Source: Candidatus Falkowbacteria bacterium (lineage in GTDB: Bacteria; Patescibacteriota; Patescibacteriia; Patescibacteriales; UBA12465). Taken from it: a DNA stretch of 33,088 bases. The translations under genes and the position numbers were made by a program. The notes under the pieces are model-generated. The model worked only from the letters and a program-made list of their open reading frames with translations. It ran no database searches and had not been told where the DNA came from. Below, in pieces: positions 16,013 to 23,254 of this stretch. How positions within the stretch are numbered: position 1 is the stretch's first letter; every line of letters starts with the position of its first letter. Location: the NCBI GenBank assembly GCA_903839955.1, contig CAIMEI010000053.1, forward strand, positions 1 through 33,088, written 5' to 3'.

Positions 16013-16440
16013 AATTTGGATATTTTCTTTAATTCTTTTTTAAGATTCTTTTCTTCATCGGTGCTTAAAATCTTTCGTACTGCCGTGTTAAGGCTCGTAT
16101 CTTGAATAAAGCCGCCGGGAATAATGTGGCCGTGCAGATGTTTGATGCTCTTACCCAAAGACCCGCTGTCCCTGGTCAGAAGTGTACAGTCATTATGACC
16201 GAGCTTGCCCAGGGTTTTCACGCCCGTCACAAATAAGGCTGTCATGCAGATATGCTCTTCCCAGGTCAGCTCCGCTAAATTTTCCACGTGGCGCTTGGGG
16301 ATCACCAGGAGATGATATTTGTGATAAGGCGCCAAGGAATAGGTGAGATAAGCCCCGTCATTTTCCAGGAGAATTTTACCCTTGATGTCCTCACAAAAGG
16401 GACAAACCTTCAGGTTTTTGAGATAAGTTAGGTATTTCAT
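16009..16440 (-). CDS. HIT family nucleotide hydrolase/transferase
   Basis: 143 aa. Histidine triad HLHGHIIP near the C-terminus and an N-terminal CPFC. It overlaps the downstream LMW-PTP start by 4 nt. Confidence 0.85.
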   Translation of the reverse strand: MKYLTYLKNLKVCPFCEDIKGKILLENDGAYLTYSLAPYHKYHLLVIPKRHVENLAELTWEEHICMTALFVTGVKTLGKLGHNDCTLLTRDSGSLGKSIKHLHGHIIPGGFIQDTSLNTAVRKILSTDEEKNLKKELKKISKL

Positions 16441-16486
16441 AATAAACTTATTTTAGCACAAATCCGACACTTTCCGGAAGTCGCTC

Positions 16487-16516
16487 TTGACATTTACCAG
16501 TTATTTATGATAAATT
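16487..16516 (+). promoter_or_regulatory. sigma70-type promoter (extended -10) of the small-paralog cassette
   Basis: TTGACA (16487-16492), an 18-nt spacer containing TG (16508-16509), TAAATT (16511-16516). The ATG is at 16553. Confidence 0.6.
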
Positions 16517-16552
16517 CAGCCATAGTTTATTAACAACCAAAAAAGAAAATAA

Positions 16553-16894
16553 ATGAACAAAGCCGCGACCGAATTTGAAATTGATGATTTGAAAAGGCAA
16601 ATTATCAATCACGAGAATCTCAGCAAGCAGATAAAGGATATTTTTCTAGCCCTAGTGAACAATAGTTGCCGCCTCACCAGAGCAGTCGCCTTTGCCGCCG
16701 AGGAAGAAATATTTCCCGCGCTCCTAAAAGGAGATACCGTTTGCCACTGCGTCATTCACGAGAGAAGATGCCTAACCGTTGAATGCGACCGTCAAAAAAA
16801 ACAATATCTGGTCTATTTTCAGCCAGACGTTAAAGAAAAAGTAATTTTCAACAGAAATCAGGCGGTAGTTATCGACCTTGAAGATATTAAATAA
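16553..16894 (+). CDS. small hypothetical protein, paralog A (Cys-containing)
   Basis: 113 aa. It lies between a consensus promoter and a strong terminator. It shares an N-terminal helix and a C-x4-C element with the next ORF. It also has an extra CHC...C (VCHCVIHERRCLTVEC). Confidence 0.6.
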   Translation: MNKAATEFEIDDLKRQIINHENLSKQIKDIFLALVNNSCRLTRAVAFAAEEEIFPALLKGDTVCHCVIHERRCLTVECDRQKKQYLVYFQPDVKEKVIFNRNQAVVIDLEDIK

Positions 16895-16900
16895 ATCATC

Positions 16901-17221
16901 GTGAACGATAACCAAGAAAAAATTCAGGTGATCAAAAACCAAATTTTGGCCCTGCCCTTCAACAACCAGCGCATGAAAAAAATAATGATTGCCCTCGTTG
17001 AAGAAAGCAAGCTGCACAAAGCTACTTCTTTTCAGCCCTCCAATCCAGACGACGGCTTTCCGGAATATTCTTATTTGAAATTCACTTTTCTCAATAAGTA
17101 TATTTTTAAAAGTGTTTGCCGGAAAGGACAATGCGTTGTCACCTATCGCCCCAAGGGCAATAAGGCGAGCGCCCGACCAATCACCGCCGAAAAAATAGAG
17201 GCAGTGATTATTAAAACTTAA
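16901..17221 (+). CDS. small hypothetical protein, paralog B
   Basis: 106 aa with a GTG start 6 nt after the stop of paralog A. IKNQILALPFNNQRMKKIMIALVEES aligns with LKRQIINHENLSKQIKDIFLALVNNS of A. The C-x4-C element is CRKGQC. Confidence 0.55.
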   Translation: MNDNQEKIQVIKNQILALPFNNQRMKKIMIALVEESKLHKATSFQPSNPDDGFPEYSYLKFTFLNKYIFKSVCRKGQCVVTYRPKGNKASARPITAEKIEAVIIKT

Positions 17222-17246
17222 AAACCGATTGTTAGTAATCGGTTTT
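17221..17246. terminator. bidirectional intrinsic terminator (small-paralog cassette / uvrC)
   Basis: AAAACCGATT, loop GTTAGT, AATCGGTTTT: a perfect 10-bp stem followed by a T-run. The uvrC stop codon (17232-17234) lies in the loop. Confidence 0.7.
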
Positions 17247-18413
17247 TTTATACCCTGAATTTTTCTTCGCTCCTCGTTTCCGGCCAAAGTTGGCAAAACG
17301 GTGCGCCTCTTCCCTGACCTTCAAAAGTACCGGTTTGAGATTTTTGAAAAGTTCTTTGGAATTGTCTTTGGTGCCGCGCGCAAACACCAGGCGGTCGCCG
17401 CCGAATTTGGAAATGCCTACTAGCGACGGGCGCAAATTTAGCTTCGCTAGCTCCCGAGTCAAGAAAGAAATCTGTGGTGAACCGCCGTCAATCATAATCA
17501 GATCTGGCATAGGCCACTCGGCGTGCTGAAAACGACGGGTCAGAACTTCCAGCAAGGCCCGTTCATCGTCACCGCCGGGGGCTTCCTGGAGCTTGAAGAG
17601 GCGGTACTGCGCTTTATCCGGCTCCGTACCGGAAAAGACCACCATCGAGCCATAAGAATCCTTGCCGGCCAAGTGAGAAATGTCATAGCCTTCAATGCGG
17701 TTGAGGTGCGGTGTCTCCAAATTCTCTTCCCGCATCAAGAGAGAAACATCTTGCAAGTGACGCAGGGCTTTTTCTTGGAGCGGATTTTCTTTGGCCAGCT
17801 GTTTCAAGAGTCTCGTCCTTTCTCCGGACAAAAGCATTTTCAAGTGCTTGATATTTTTTTGATAGTCCTTGGGCTTAATGATGCCCAGGCAGGAACCTGG
17901 ACATAGACCAACTTGATAATCAAAACAGGCTTTGCCATTATTTGGCACGCAGGTGCTCCAGGGGAAAACTCTCCGGATTAGCCTTAGAGCGTTCGCGATG
18001 AGAGTTTGCGATTGGTAGGGACCGAAAACCGTATAGCGGTCTTCGGGAAATTTCTTCAGGTCTTGGCCACGGATGATAATCGGCTTGGGATAGTCGCCGC
18101 TGGTGATGACGATATAAAGGAAAGAGCGATTGTCGCGGTCGCGAACATTATATTTCGGCCAATAGCTTTTAATCTCCTTGGCTTCCAAAATTATCGCCTC
18201 CAGCAAAGTTTCCGTTTCCTGCCAGCGCAAATCATGGGCGCTCGCCACCATTTCGGCAATGCGCCGCTCCACGTTTTTCTGAAAATATTGAGAAAGCCTA
18301 TTCTTGAGACTGGTCGCTCGGCCGACATAAAGAACTTCTCCATTTTCGTCTAACCAAAAATAAACGCCAGGCGCTTTGGGGGCTAATTTTGCTTTTTCTT
18401 TGGGGGTTGGCAT
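17232..18413 (-). CDS. uvrC: excinuclease ABC subunit C, shortened form
   Basis: 393 aa. N-terminal GIY-YIG (GVYFWLDENGEVLYVGRATSLKNRLSQYF). Cys-containing linker (CFDYQVGLCPGSC). C-terminal endonuclease domain (RIEGYDISHLAG ... DLIMIDGG ... EEAHRFA). Canonical UvrC is about 600 aa. Confidence 0.85.
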   Translation of the reverse strand: MPTPKEKAKLAPKAPGVYFWLDENGEVLYVGRATSLKNRLSQYFQKNVERRIAEMVASAHDLRWQETETLLEAIILEAKEIKSYWPKYNVRDRDNRSFLYIVITSGDYPKPIIIRGQDLKKFPEDRYTVFGPYQSQTLIANALRLIRRVFPWSTCVPNNGKACFDYQVGLCPGSCLGIIKPKDYQKNIKHLKMLLSGERTRLLKQLAKENPLQEKALRHLQDVSLLMREENLETPHLNRIEGYDISHLAGKDSYGSMVVFSGTEPDKAQYRLFKLQEAPGGDDERALLEVLTRRFQHAEWPMPDLIMIDGGSPQISFLTRELAKLNLRPSLVGISKFGGDRLVFARGTKDNSKELFKNLKPVLLKVREEAHRFANFGRKRGAKKNSGYKKTDY

Positions 18414-18433
18414 TTATAGGAATCCAAAAGAAA

Positions 18434-18787
18434 TTATAATTTTTCTAAAAAAATATCTATTTGCTCCAATAAATAAGAAGTCGCTCTATTTTTTCTTAAG
18501 GCTGTAATATTTTCGTTGCAATTAAAAAAAATTTCTGCACTTTTTAATTCATCATCAGATTCGTTTGAGTCTATATTATTTTTTAACGCCCAATCATCTC
18601 TATCAATAAAAAAGTCTTTATACCCAGGTCTATTATCTTCTTTGTAATTACCGTTTAGACCAGAAACCACCACTTTTAACTGGCTAGCAATATATTTATC
18701 CCCACATAAGCAAATATATGGTTCGTAAACAAATTTTATATTTATATTTTGACCTTTGATATTTTTGTATAATAGAAAATTATTCAT
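18434..18787 (-). CDS. hypothetical protein (AT-rich islet)
   Basis: 117-aa ORF in a visibly AT-rich stretch. It starts 8 nt after the upstream ORF and ends 20 nt before uvrC. No motif recognised. Confidence 0.5.
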   Translation of the reverse strand: MNNFLLYKNIKGQNINIKFVYEPYICLCGDKYIASQLKVVVSGLNGNYKEDNRPGYKDFFIDRDDWALKNNIDSNESDDELKSAEIFFNCNENITALRKNRATSYLLEQIDIFLEKL

Positions 18788-18795
18788 ACAAAATA

Positions 18796-19089
18796 TTATT
18801 TATATTGTTTATAGCAATTATCTTTAGCTGCTTGTATTTTGCTATCTAAATCTGGGATATACTGAAAATCCTTAGTAACAGGGTTCGTCTCTAGTTTTTT
18901 GACATTGTTAGTTGCATTGTCTAAACAAACAGACAATCCAACTTGCTTATCTTTTTCCATTTGCAACTCTATCTGTTGATACTTTTCAATAGACCGCTGT
19001 TTATTCGCCTGGCTGGCATAGTAAAATCCTCCAAGAATAAGCGAACATAATAAAATACTAGCTGGTAAAATTAATTTATGTTTATTCAT
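18796..19089 (-). CDS. hypothetical small membrane-anchored protein (AT-rich islet)
   Basis: 97 aa. N-terminal TM (LILPASILLCSLILGGFYYA). It starts 15 nt after the Fic stop. Confidence 0.5.
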   Translation of the reverse strand: MNKHKLILPASILLCSLILGGFYYASQANKQRSIEKYQQIELQMEKDKQVGLSVCLDNATNNVKKLETNPVTKDFQYIPDLDSKIQAAKDNCYKQYK

Positions 19090-19104
19090 ATTATATTTAT
19101 TATA

Positions 19105-20010
19105 TTATTTTTCAGTTATCCGACTTTTGTATTCAAAATCCTCGCCGATTTTCCAAACGCCTTTTTCTCGGAAAGCCGGAATGTTCTGGCGGCGCGCGGC
19201 ATTAATCATTCCTGGGGCGGAAAAATTATGCATCTTGGTATATTCGGAAAGAGTAATAATTTTTTGACCTTTAAGATAAGTGATTCTTTTATTTAATGAT
19301 TCGGTTAAAGCTAAGGCAATAACCCTTTCCATTGTTTTAGTATTCTTTTCGTCGCGATATCGTGAAAAGGATTGATAGTATTCTTTCTTTTCGCGATCTC
19401 TAATAATAATTATCGGAAAGCCCAGGCGTTGCAACTGAAAACAAATCAACACCCGGCCAATACGGCCATTGCCATCACAAAATGGATGAATAGTTTCAAA
19501 ATCTAAATGAAATTTAGCAATTTTATCCAAAAAATAATTAGCTAAATCACTGGTATATTCGGTGATGATCGCTTCAATCATCCGCTCAACATGTTCCGGC
19601 GCCGGGGCGACATGAGTTCCGACGCGAACATATTCACCAAGCTTTCTAAAACGCCCAGCAATATTATCATCAATTCCGCCAATCAGCATTTGATGCAAAA
19701 GCAAAATTGTTTCTTTGTTGGTCTCAGTTTCTTTGCTCTTATTGCGAATGTAGCCGATAACGCGAGCCAAATTTTTAGCTTCGTAAACTTCGCGCAAAGA
19801 AACATCGCGCGAGACCTCCATGTCCAAAAGAATCTTCTCAGTTTCTTTGAGGGTTAGGGTGGAATTCTCAATAGCGTTGGAATTATAAACGCTTTCTGGC
19901 GCTTCTGCTTCGTCAATCATCACCAAAAGAGACTCCTTGCCCTGGCGAAGAGTGTCATATTCGCTTTTTAAGGCTGTGAGCCTGTCTTTTATCGGTTTTG
20001 TGACCGCCAT
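19105..20010 (-). CDS. Fic family protein (class II, intramolecular inhibitory motif) with C-terminal HTH-like tail
   Basis: 301 aa. Fic motif HPFCDGNGRIGR (nt 19453-19488). N-terminal SNAIEN (nt 19864-19881) fits the [S/T]xxxE[G/N] inhibitory-helix motif. The C-terminal ITLSEYTKMHNFSAPGMINAARRQNIPAFREKGVWKIG resembles excisionase/HTH_17-type domains. Confidence 0.9.
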   Translation of the reverse strand: MAVTKPIKDRLTALKSEYDTLRQGKESLLVMIDEAEAPESVYNSNAIENSTLTLKETEKILLDMEVSRDVSLREVYEAKNLARVIGYIRNKSKETETNKETILLLHQMLIGGIDDNIAGRFRKLGEYVRVGTHVAPAPEHVERMIEAIITEYTSDLANYFLDKIAKFHLDFETIHPFCDGNGRIGRVLICFQLQRLGFPIIIIRDREKKEYYQSFSRYRDEKNTKTMERVIALALTESLNKRITYLKGQKIITLSEYTKMHNFSAPGMINAARRQNIPAFREKGVWKIGEDFEYKSRITEK

Positions 20011-20035
20011 ATAGTTTATTATTTAATATAATAGT

Positions 20036-20064
20036 ATTATAGACGATTTACATAAAAAAGTCAA
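20036..20064 (-). promoter_or_regulatory. sigma70-type promoter for the Fic gene
   Basis: Minus strand: TTGACT (20064-20059), a 17-nt spacer, TATAAT (20041-20036). Confidence 0.6.
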
Positions 20065-20065
20065 T

Positions 20066-20108
20066 ATTTAGTGAATTACACCCATTTTTTACTTCCTATT
20101 CACTAAAT
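20066..20108. repeat. perfect 11-bp inverted repeat (terminator for uvrA and/or operator at the Fic promoter)
   Basis: ATTTAGTGAAT (20066-20076) and ATTCACTAAAT (20098-20108) are separated by 21 nt. The repeat lies 15 nt downstream of the uvrA stop and abuts the Fic -35 box. Confidence 0.6.
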
Positions 20109-20123
20109 TATCTAATAATCCCT

Positions 20124-22658
20124 TTATTTCCCCTTCTCCTTCGCCACCGTGAAATCCAGATACTCCTTCAAATATTTGCCCGTGATACTCTTCTCGTTCT
20201 TGGCCACTTCTTCCGGCGTGCCATAGGCGACAATCTTACCGCCCTTCTCGCCGCCTTCCGGACCGAGGTCGACAATGTAGTCCATCGACTTGAGCATGTG
20301 CAGATTGTGCTCAATCACCAAAACGGAATTGCCCTTCTCCACTAATTGATTCAAAACGACGAGCAGCATTTCAATATCGTGATAGTGCAAGCCGGTCGTC
20401 GGCTCATCCAAAAGATAGAGCGTGCGCTTACCCAAGGTCATGCTCAGCTCCTTGGCGATTTTGACGCGTTGCGCTTCCCCACCAGAGAGGGTGGTGGAAG
20501 ATTGGCCGAGTTTCAAGTAACCCAAACCGACGGCGTCCAAAACCTTTAATCTATCGGTAATTAAATAGTTTCCGTCAAACAAATCAATCGCTTCCACGAC
20601 GGTCATATCCAAAACATCGGCAATGCTTTTACCTTTGTATTTGACCTGCAAAGTTTCGCGGTTAAACCGCTTGCCACGGCAGACTTCGCACTCCACCAAA
20701 ACGGCTGGCAAGAAATGCATTTCAATCATATTGAAACCGGCACCTTCGCAAGCTTCACAGCGACCACCTGGACGATTAAAAGAAAAGCGGCCGATGCTGT
20801 AGGCGCGTTCACGCGATTCTGGCAGGGCGGCAAAGAAGTCGCGAATGGGAGTGAAGAAGCCGGTGTAGGTCGCCGGGTTGGAGCGCGGTGAACGGCCGAT
20901 TGGCGACTGGTCGATGATGACCACCTTGCTGACATATTCGGCCCCTTTGAGCTCGGTGACATCCTCTAGCTTGGCCTTCCCCGGACGGCTCTTTAAGTGA
21001 ACAAGATTTTTATACAACACGTCATAAAGCAAGGAAGATTTGCCGCTTCCCGAGACGCCACTGACCCCAACCAGGCGGCCGAGCGGGATCTCAACTTTGA
21101 GGTTTTTCAGGTTATTTGCGCGCGCCCCGATGAATTTTAACGATCCCCGGCTCTTGTCGCGGCGCTTTTTGGGAACTTCAATCTTCTTGACGCCGGTCAA
21201 ATATTGTACTGTTAGTGACTTTTTTAAGGCCTGCTTATTTTTGTCGGGATTCGTCAAATCTTTGATGTCACCAATGGCCACCACTTCCCCGCCATGTACC
21301 CCGGCTAAGGGGCCGAGATCGACCAGGTAGTCGGAGGCGAGGATGGTGCGCTCATCGTGCTCGACGATGAGCACGGTGTTGTTCTTGTTGCGTAAGGTCT
21401 TGAGAGTTTCAATTAAACGATCAGTGTCACGCTCGTGCAAGCCGATGGTCGGCTCATCCAAAACGTATAGAGTACGTGAGAGTTGAGAGCCAATTTGTGA
21501 GGACAGGCGAATACGCTGCGCTTCCCCACCAGAGAGAGTTTCGGCTTCGCGATCCAGTGATAAATAGTCCAAACCGACGCGATTCAAAAAGTCCAGGCGG
21601 TTTAAAATTTGGCCAATCACGTTCTCGGCAATCGTCAGCTCGCGTTTGGTCATTTTCTGATAGTACTTCCAAAAAAAGTCGTGCAGCTTTTCAAGCGACA
21701 GCGCACCAACCTCGGCGAGGTTCTTCCCGTGAACACGGACCGAAAGGGCTTCGGGGCGCAATCTTTTCCCACCGCAAGCCGGGCAATCTTTCTCGGCAAA
21801 ATAACCGATCTTTCCTAGGCCGGTACATTCCGGACAAGCCCCGTGTGGGGAATTAAAAGAAAACAACCTCGGCTCCACTTCCGGAAAAGAAAAGCCATCA
21901 TTGGGGCAAGTCCAATTGGAGGAAAGCAGAAATTCCTGGTCCTCAAAATTAGCAATCACCAGCCCCTTGCTATAGTTGATGGAATTTTCCACGGCTTCAA
22001 AAAGTCGCGTTTCATCGGAAAGCATCACCTTGTCGATGACAACATCAATACTGTGTTTCTGGTTGGCGGAGAGTTTTATTTTACTGCGCAGAGGATGTTT
22101 GACGCCATCAATGCGCGCCTCAAAATATCCAAGATGGATATAGTCATAAATCAGCTGATAATACTCGCCTTTACGGTCACGAACGACCGGACTGATAATG
22201 GTGACGTACTCTTTTTTTGCTTCCTTGCCCCGCGTGAGGATGATATCAATCATTTCTTCCAGGGACAGCTTTTCAATCTTGGTCCCGCAGTGCGGACAAA
22301 AGACTTCCCCAACCCGAGCATAAAGGATACGCAAATAGTCGTGAATCTCCGTCAGGGTGCCGACAGTGGAACGCGGATTGTGGGAGAGAGCTTTTTGGTC
22401 AATGGAAATGGCCGGCGCCAAGCCGATGATTTCGTCCACTTCGGCCGGTTTTTTTTGGCCGAGGAATTGGCGCATGTAGGGCGATAGGGATTCGACGTAC
22501 TGCCGCTGCCCTTCGGCAAAAATGGTATCAAAAGCCAGCGACGATTTGCCACTGCCGGAAACGCCGGTAATCACCGTCAAAGAATTATGCGGTATTTCCA
22601 GGCTGATATTTTTCAAATTGTGCATCCGCGCACCGCGGATGATGATTTTTTCGTCCAT
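20124..22658 (-). CDS. uvrA: excinuclease ABC subunit A, lacking the insertion domain
   Basis: 844 aa. It is collinear with E. coli UvrA from MDEKIIIRGARMHNLKNISL and has two ABC modules (GVSGSGKSSL twice; LSGGEAQR twice). Canonical UvrA is about 940 aa. Confidence 0.96.
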   Translation of the reverse strand: MDEKIIIRGARMHNLKNISLEIPHNSLTVITGVSGSGKSSLAFDTIFAEGQRQYVESLSPYMRQFLGQKKPAEVDEIIGLAPAISIDQKALSHNPRSTVGTLTEIHDYLRILYARVGEVFCPHCGTKIEKLSLEEMIDIILTRGKEAKKEYVTIISPVVRDRKGEYYQLIYDYIHLGYFEARIDGVKHPLRSKIKLSANQKHSIDVVIDKVMLSDETRLFEAVENSINYSKGLVIANFEDQEFLLSSNWTCPNDGFSFPEVEPRLFSFNSPHGACPECTGLGKIGYFAEKDCPACGGKRLRPEALSVRVHGKNLAEVGALSLEKLHDFFWKYYQKMTKRELTIAENVIGQILNRLDFLNRVGLDYLSLDREAETLSGGEAQRIRLSSQIGSQLSRTLYVLDEPTIGLHERDTDRLIETLKTLRNKNNTVLIVEHDERTILASDYLVDLGPLAGVHGGEVVAIGDIKDLTNPDKNKQALKKSLTVQYLTGVKKIEVPKKRRDKSRGSLKFIGARANNLKNLKVEIPLGRLVGVSGVSGSGKSSLLYDVLYKNLVHLKSRPGKAKLEDVTELKGAEYVSKVVIIDQSPIGRSPRSNPATYTGFFTPIRDFFAALPESRERAYSIGRFSFNRPGGRCEACEGAGFNMIEMHFLPAVLVECEVCRGKRFNRETLQVKYKGKSIADVLDMTVVEAIDLFDGNYLITDRLKVLDAVGLGYLKLGQSSTTLSGGEAQRVKIAKELSMTLGKRTLYLLDEPTTGLHYHDIEMLLVVLNQLVEKGNSVLVIEHNLHMLKSMDYIVDLGPEGGEKGGKIVAYGTPEEVAKNEKSITGKYLKEYLDFTVAKEKGK

Positions 22659-22670
22659 ATTTTCTGATTA

Positions 22671-23246
22671 TTACTGGAAAGGATTGGGAGCGGAAAAACT
22701 GATCAGATCCAGGTGATGATTAATAAATTCAATCGGCGTACCATATTTGCGGTTATACAAGAAATCCACGGAGCAGAAAAAGGCCTGATGGTAGTCAAAA
22801 CCCAATTTGGCACTCACTTCTTTAACCGCTTCTTCGGAGTCGCCTTCCACTTCTACTAGGGGCTCGAGATAGGGCCATTCATCAAGGGTTATTTCCACGC
22901 CATCTAGCTTCCAGAGTTCCCGCTTGGTCTCCTGATAGGCCTTGCGCCGACAGCCAATGCTGGTGAGAAAATCCACTGCTTCGTCAAAATTGTCCACTTC
23001 CAGACAGGTTTCTTTCTGGTTATCAATTTGACCGCCACTGACGACTTTCAGGCTCATGGTGATCTTGTCGTATTCCCGACGAACTCTTAGCCAGCCGTCT
23101 TTGATTTCGTGACCGACCGGCAATTCAAAGACCTCTCGGGTCATCATGAACTCCGGATGAATGCGCTCCGCCCCGGCTTTTTCCAAGCGCGCGCGGATCT
23201 CGTCTTTGTTTATTTCAATAAAAGTGGCTTCAAATTCGGTTTTCAT
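22671..23246 (-). CDS. CYTH domain protein (CyaB/ThTPase-like)
   Basis: 191 aa. N-terminal EFEATF (an ExExK-like motif with Thr in place of Lys), then WLRVRRE, ITMSLKV, KETCLEVD, ETKRELWKLDGVEITLDEW and LVEVEG. Together these match the CYTH strand pattern. Confidence 0.75.
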   Translation of the reverse strand: MKTEFEATFIEINKDEIRARLEKAGAERIHPEFMMTREVFELPVGHEIKDGWLRVRREYDKITMSLKVVSGGQIDNQKETCLEVDNFDEAVDFLTSIGCRRKAYQETKRELWKLDGVEITLDEWPYLEPLVEVEGDSEEAVKEVSAKLGFDYHQAFFCSVDFLYNRKYGTPIEFINHHLDLISFSAPNPFQ

Positions 23247-23254
23247 ATTAATAA

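Noticed and set aside
16772-17296. 174-aa minus-strand ORF overlapping both small plus-strand paralogs
   Set aside because: It runs through the perfect terminator hairpin at 17221-17246 and overlaps the 3' end of uvrC. Its translation is F/N/L-rich, typical of the antisense of K/E-rich genes. The plus-strand ORFs are bracketed by a consensus promoter and terminator.
21843-22487. 214-aa plus-strand ORF, plus other tracked ORFs inside uvrA, uvrB, uvrC, GT4, DUF4012 and the 753-aa gene (for example 26524-26919, 17523-17906, 18006-18353, 4449-4808, 5621-5944)
   Set aside because: All are nested antisense or out-of-frame within genes with confident family identity. None has its own expression signals.
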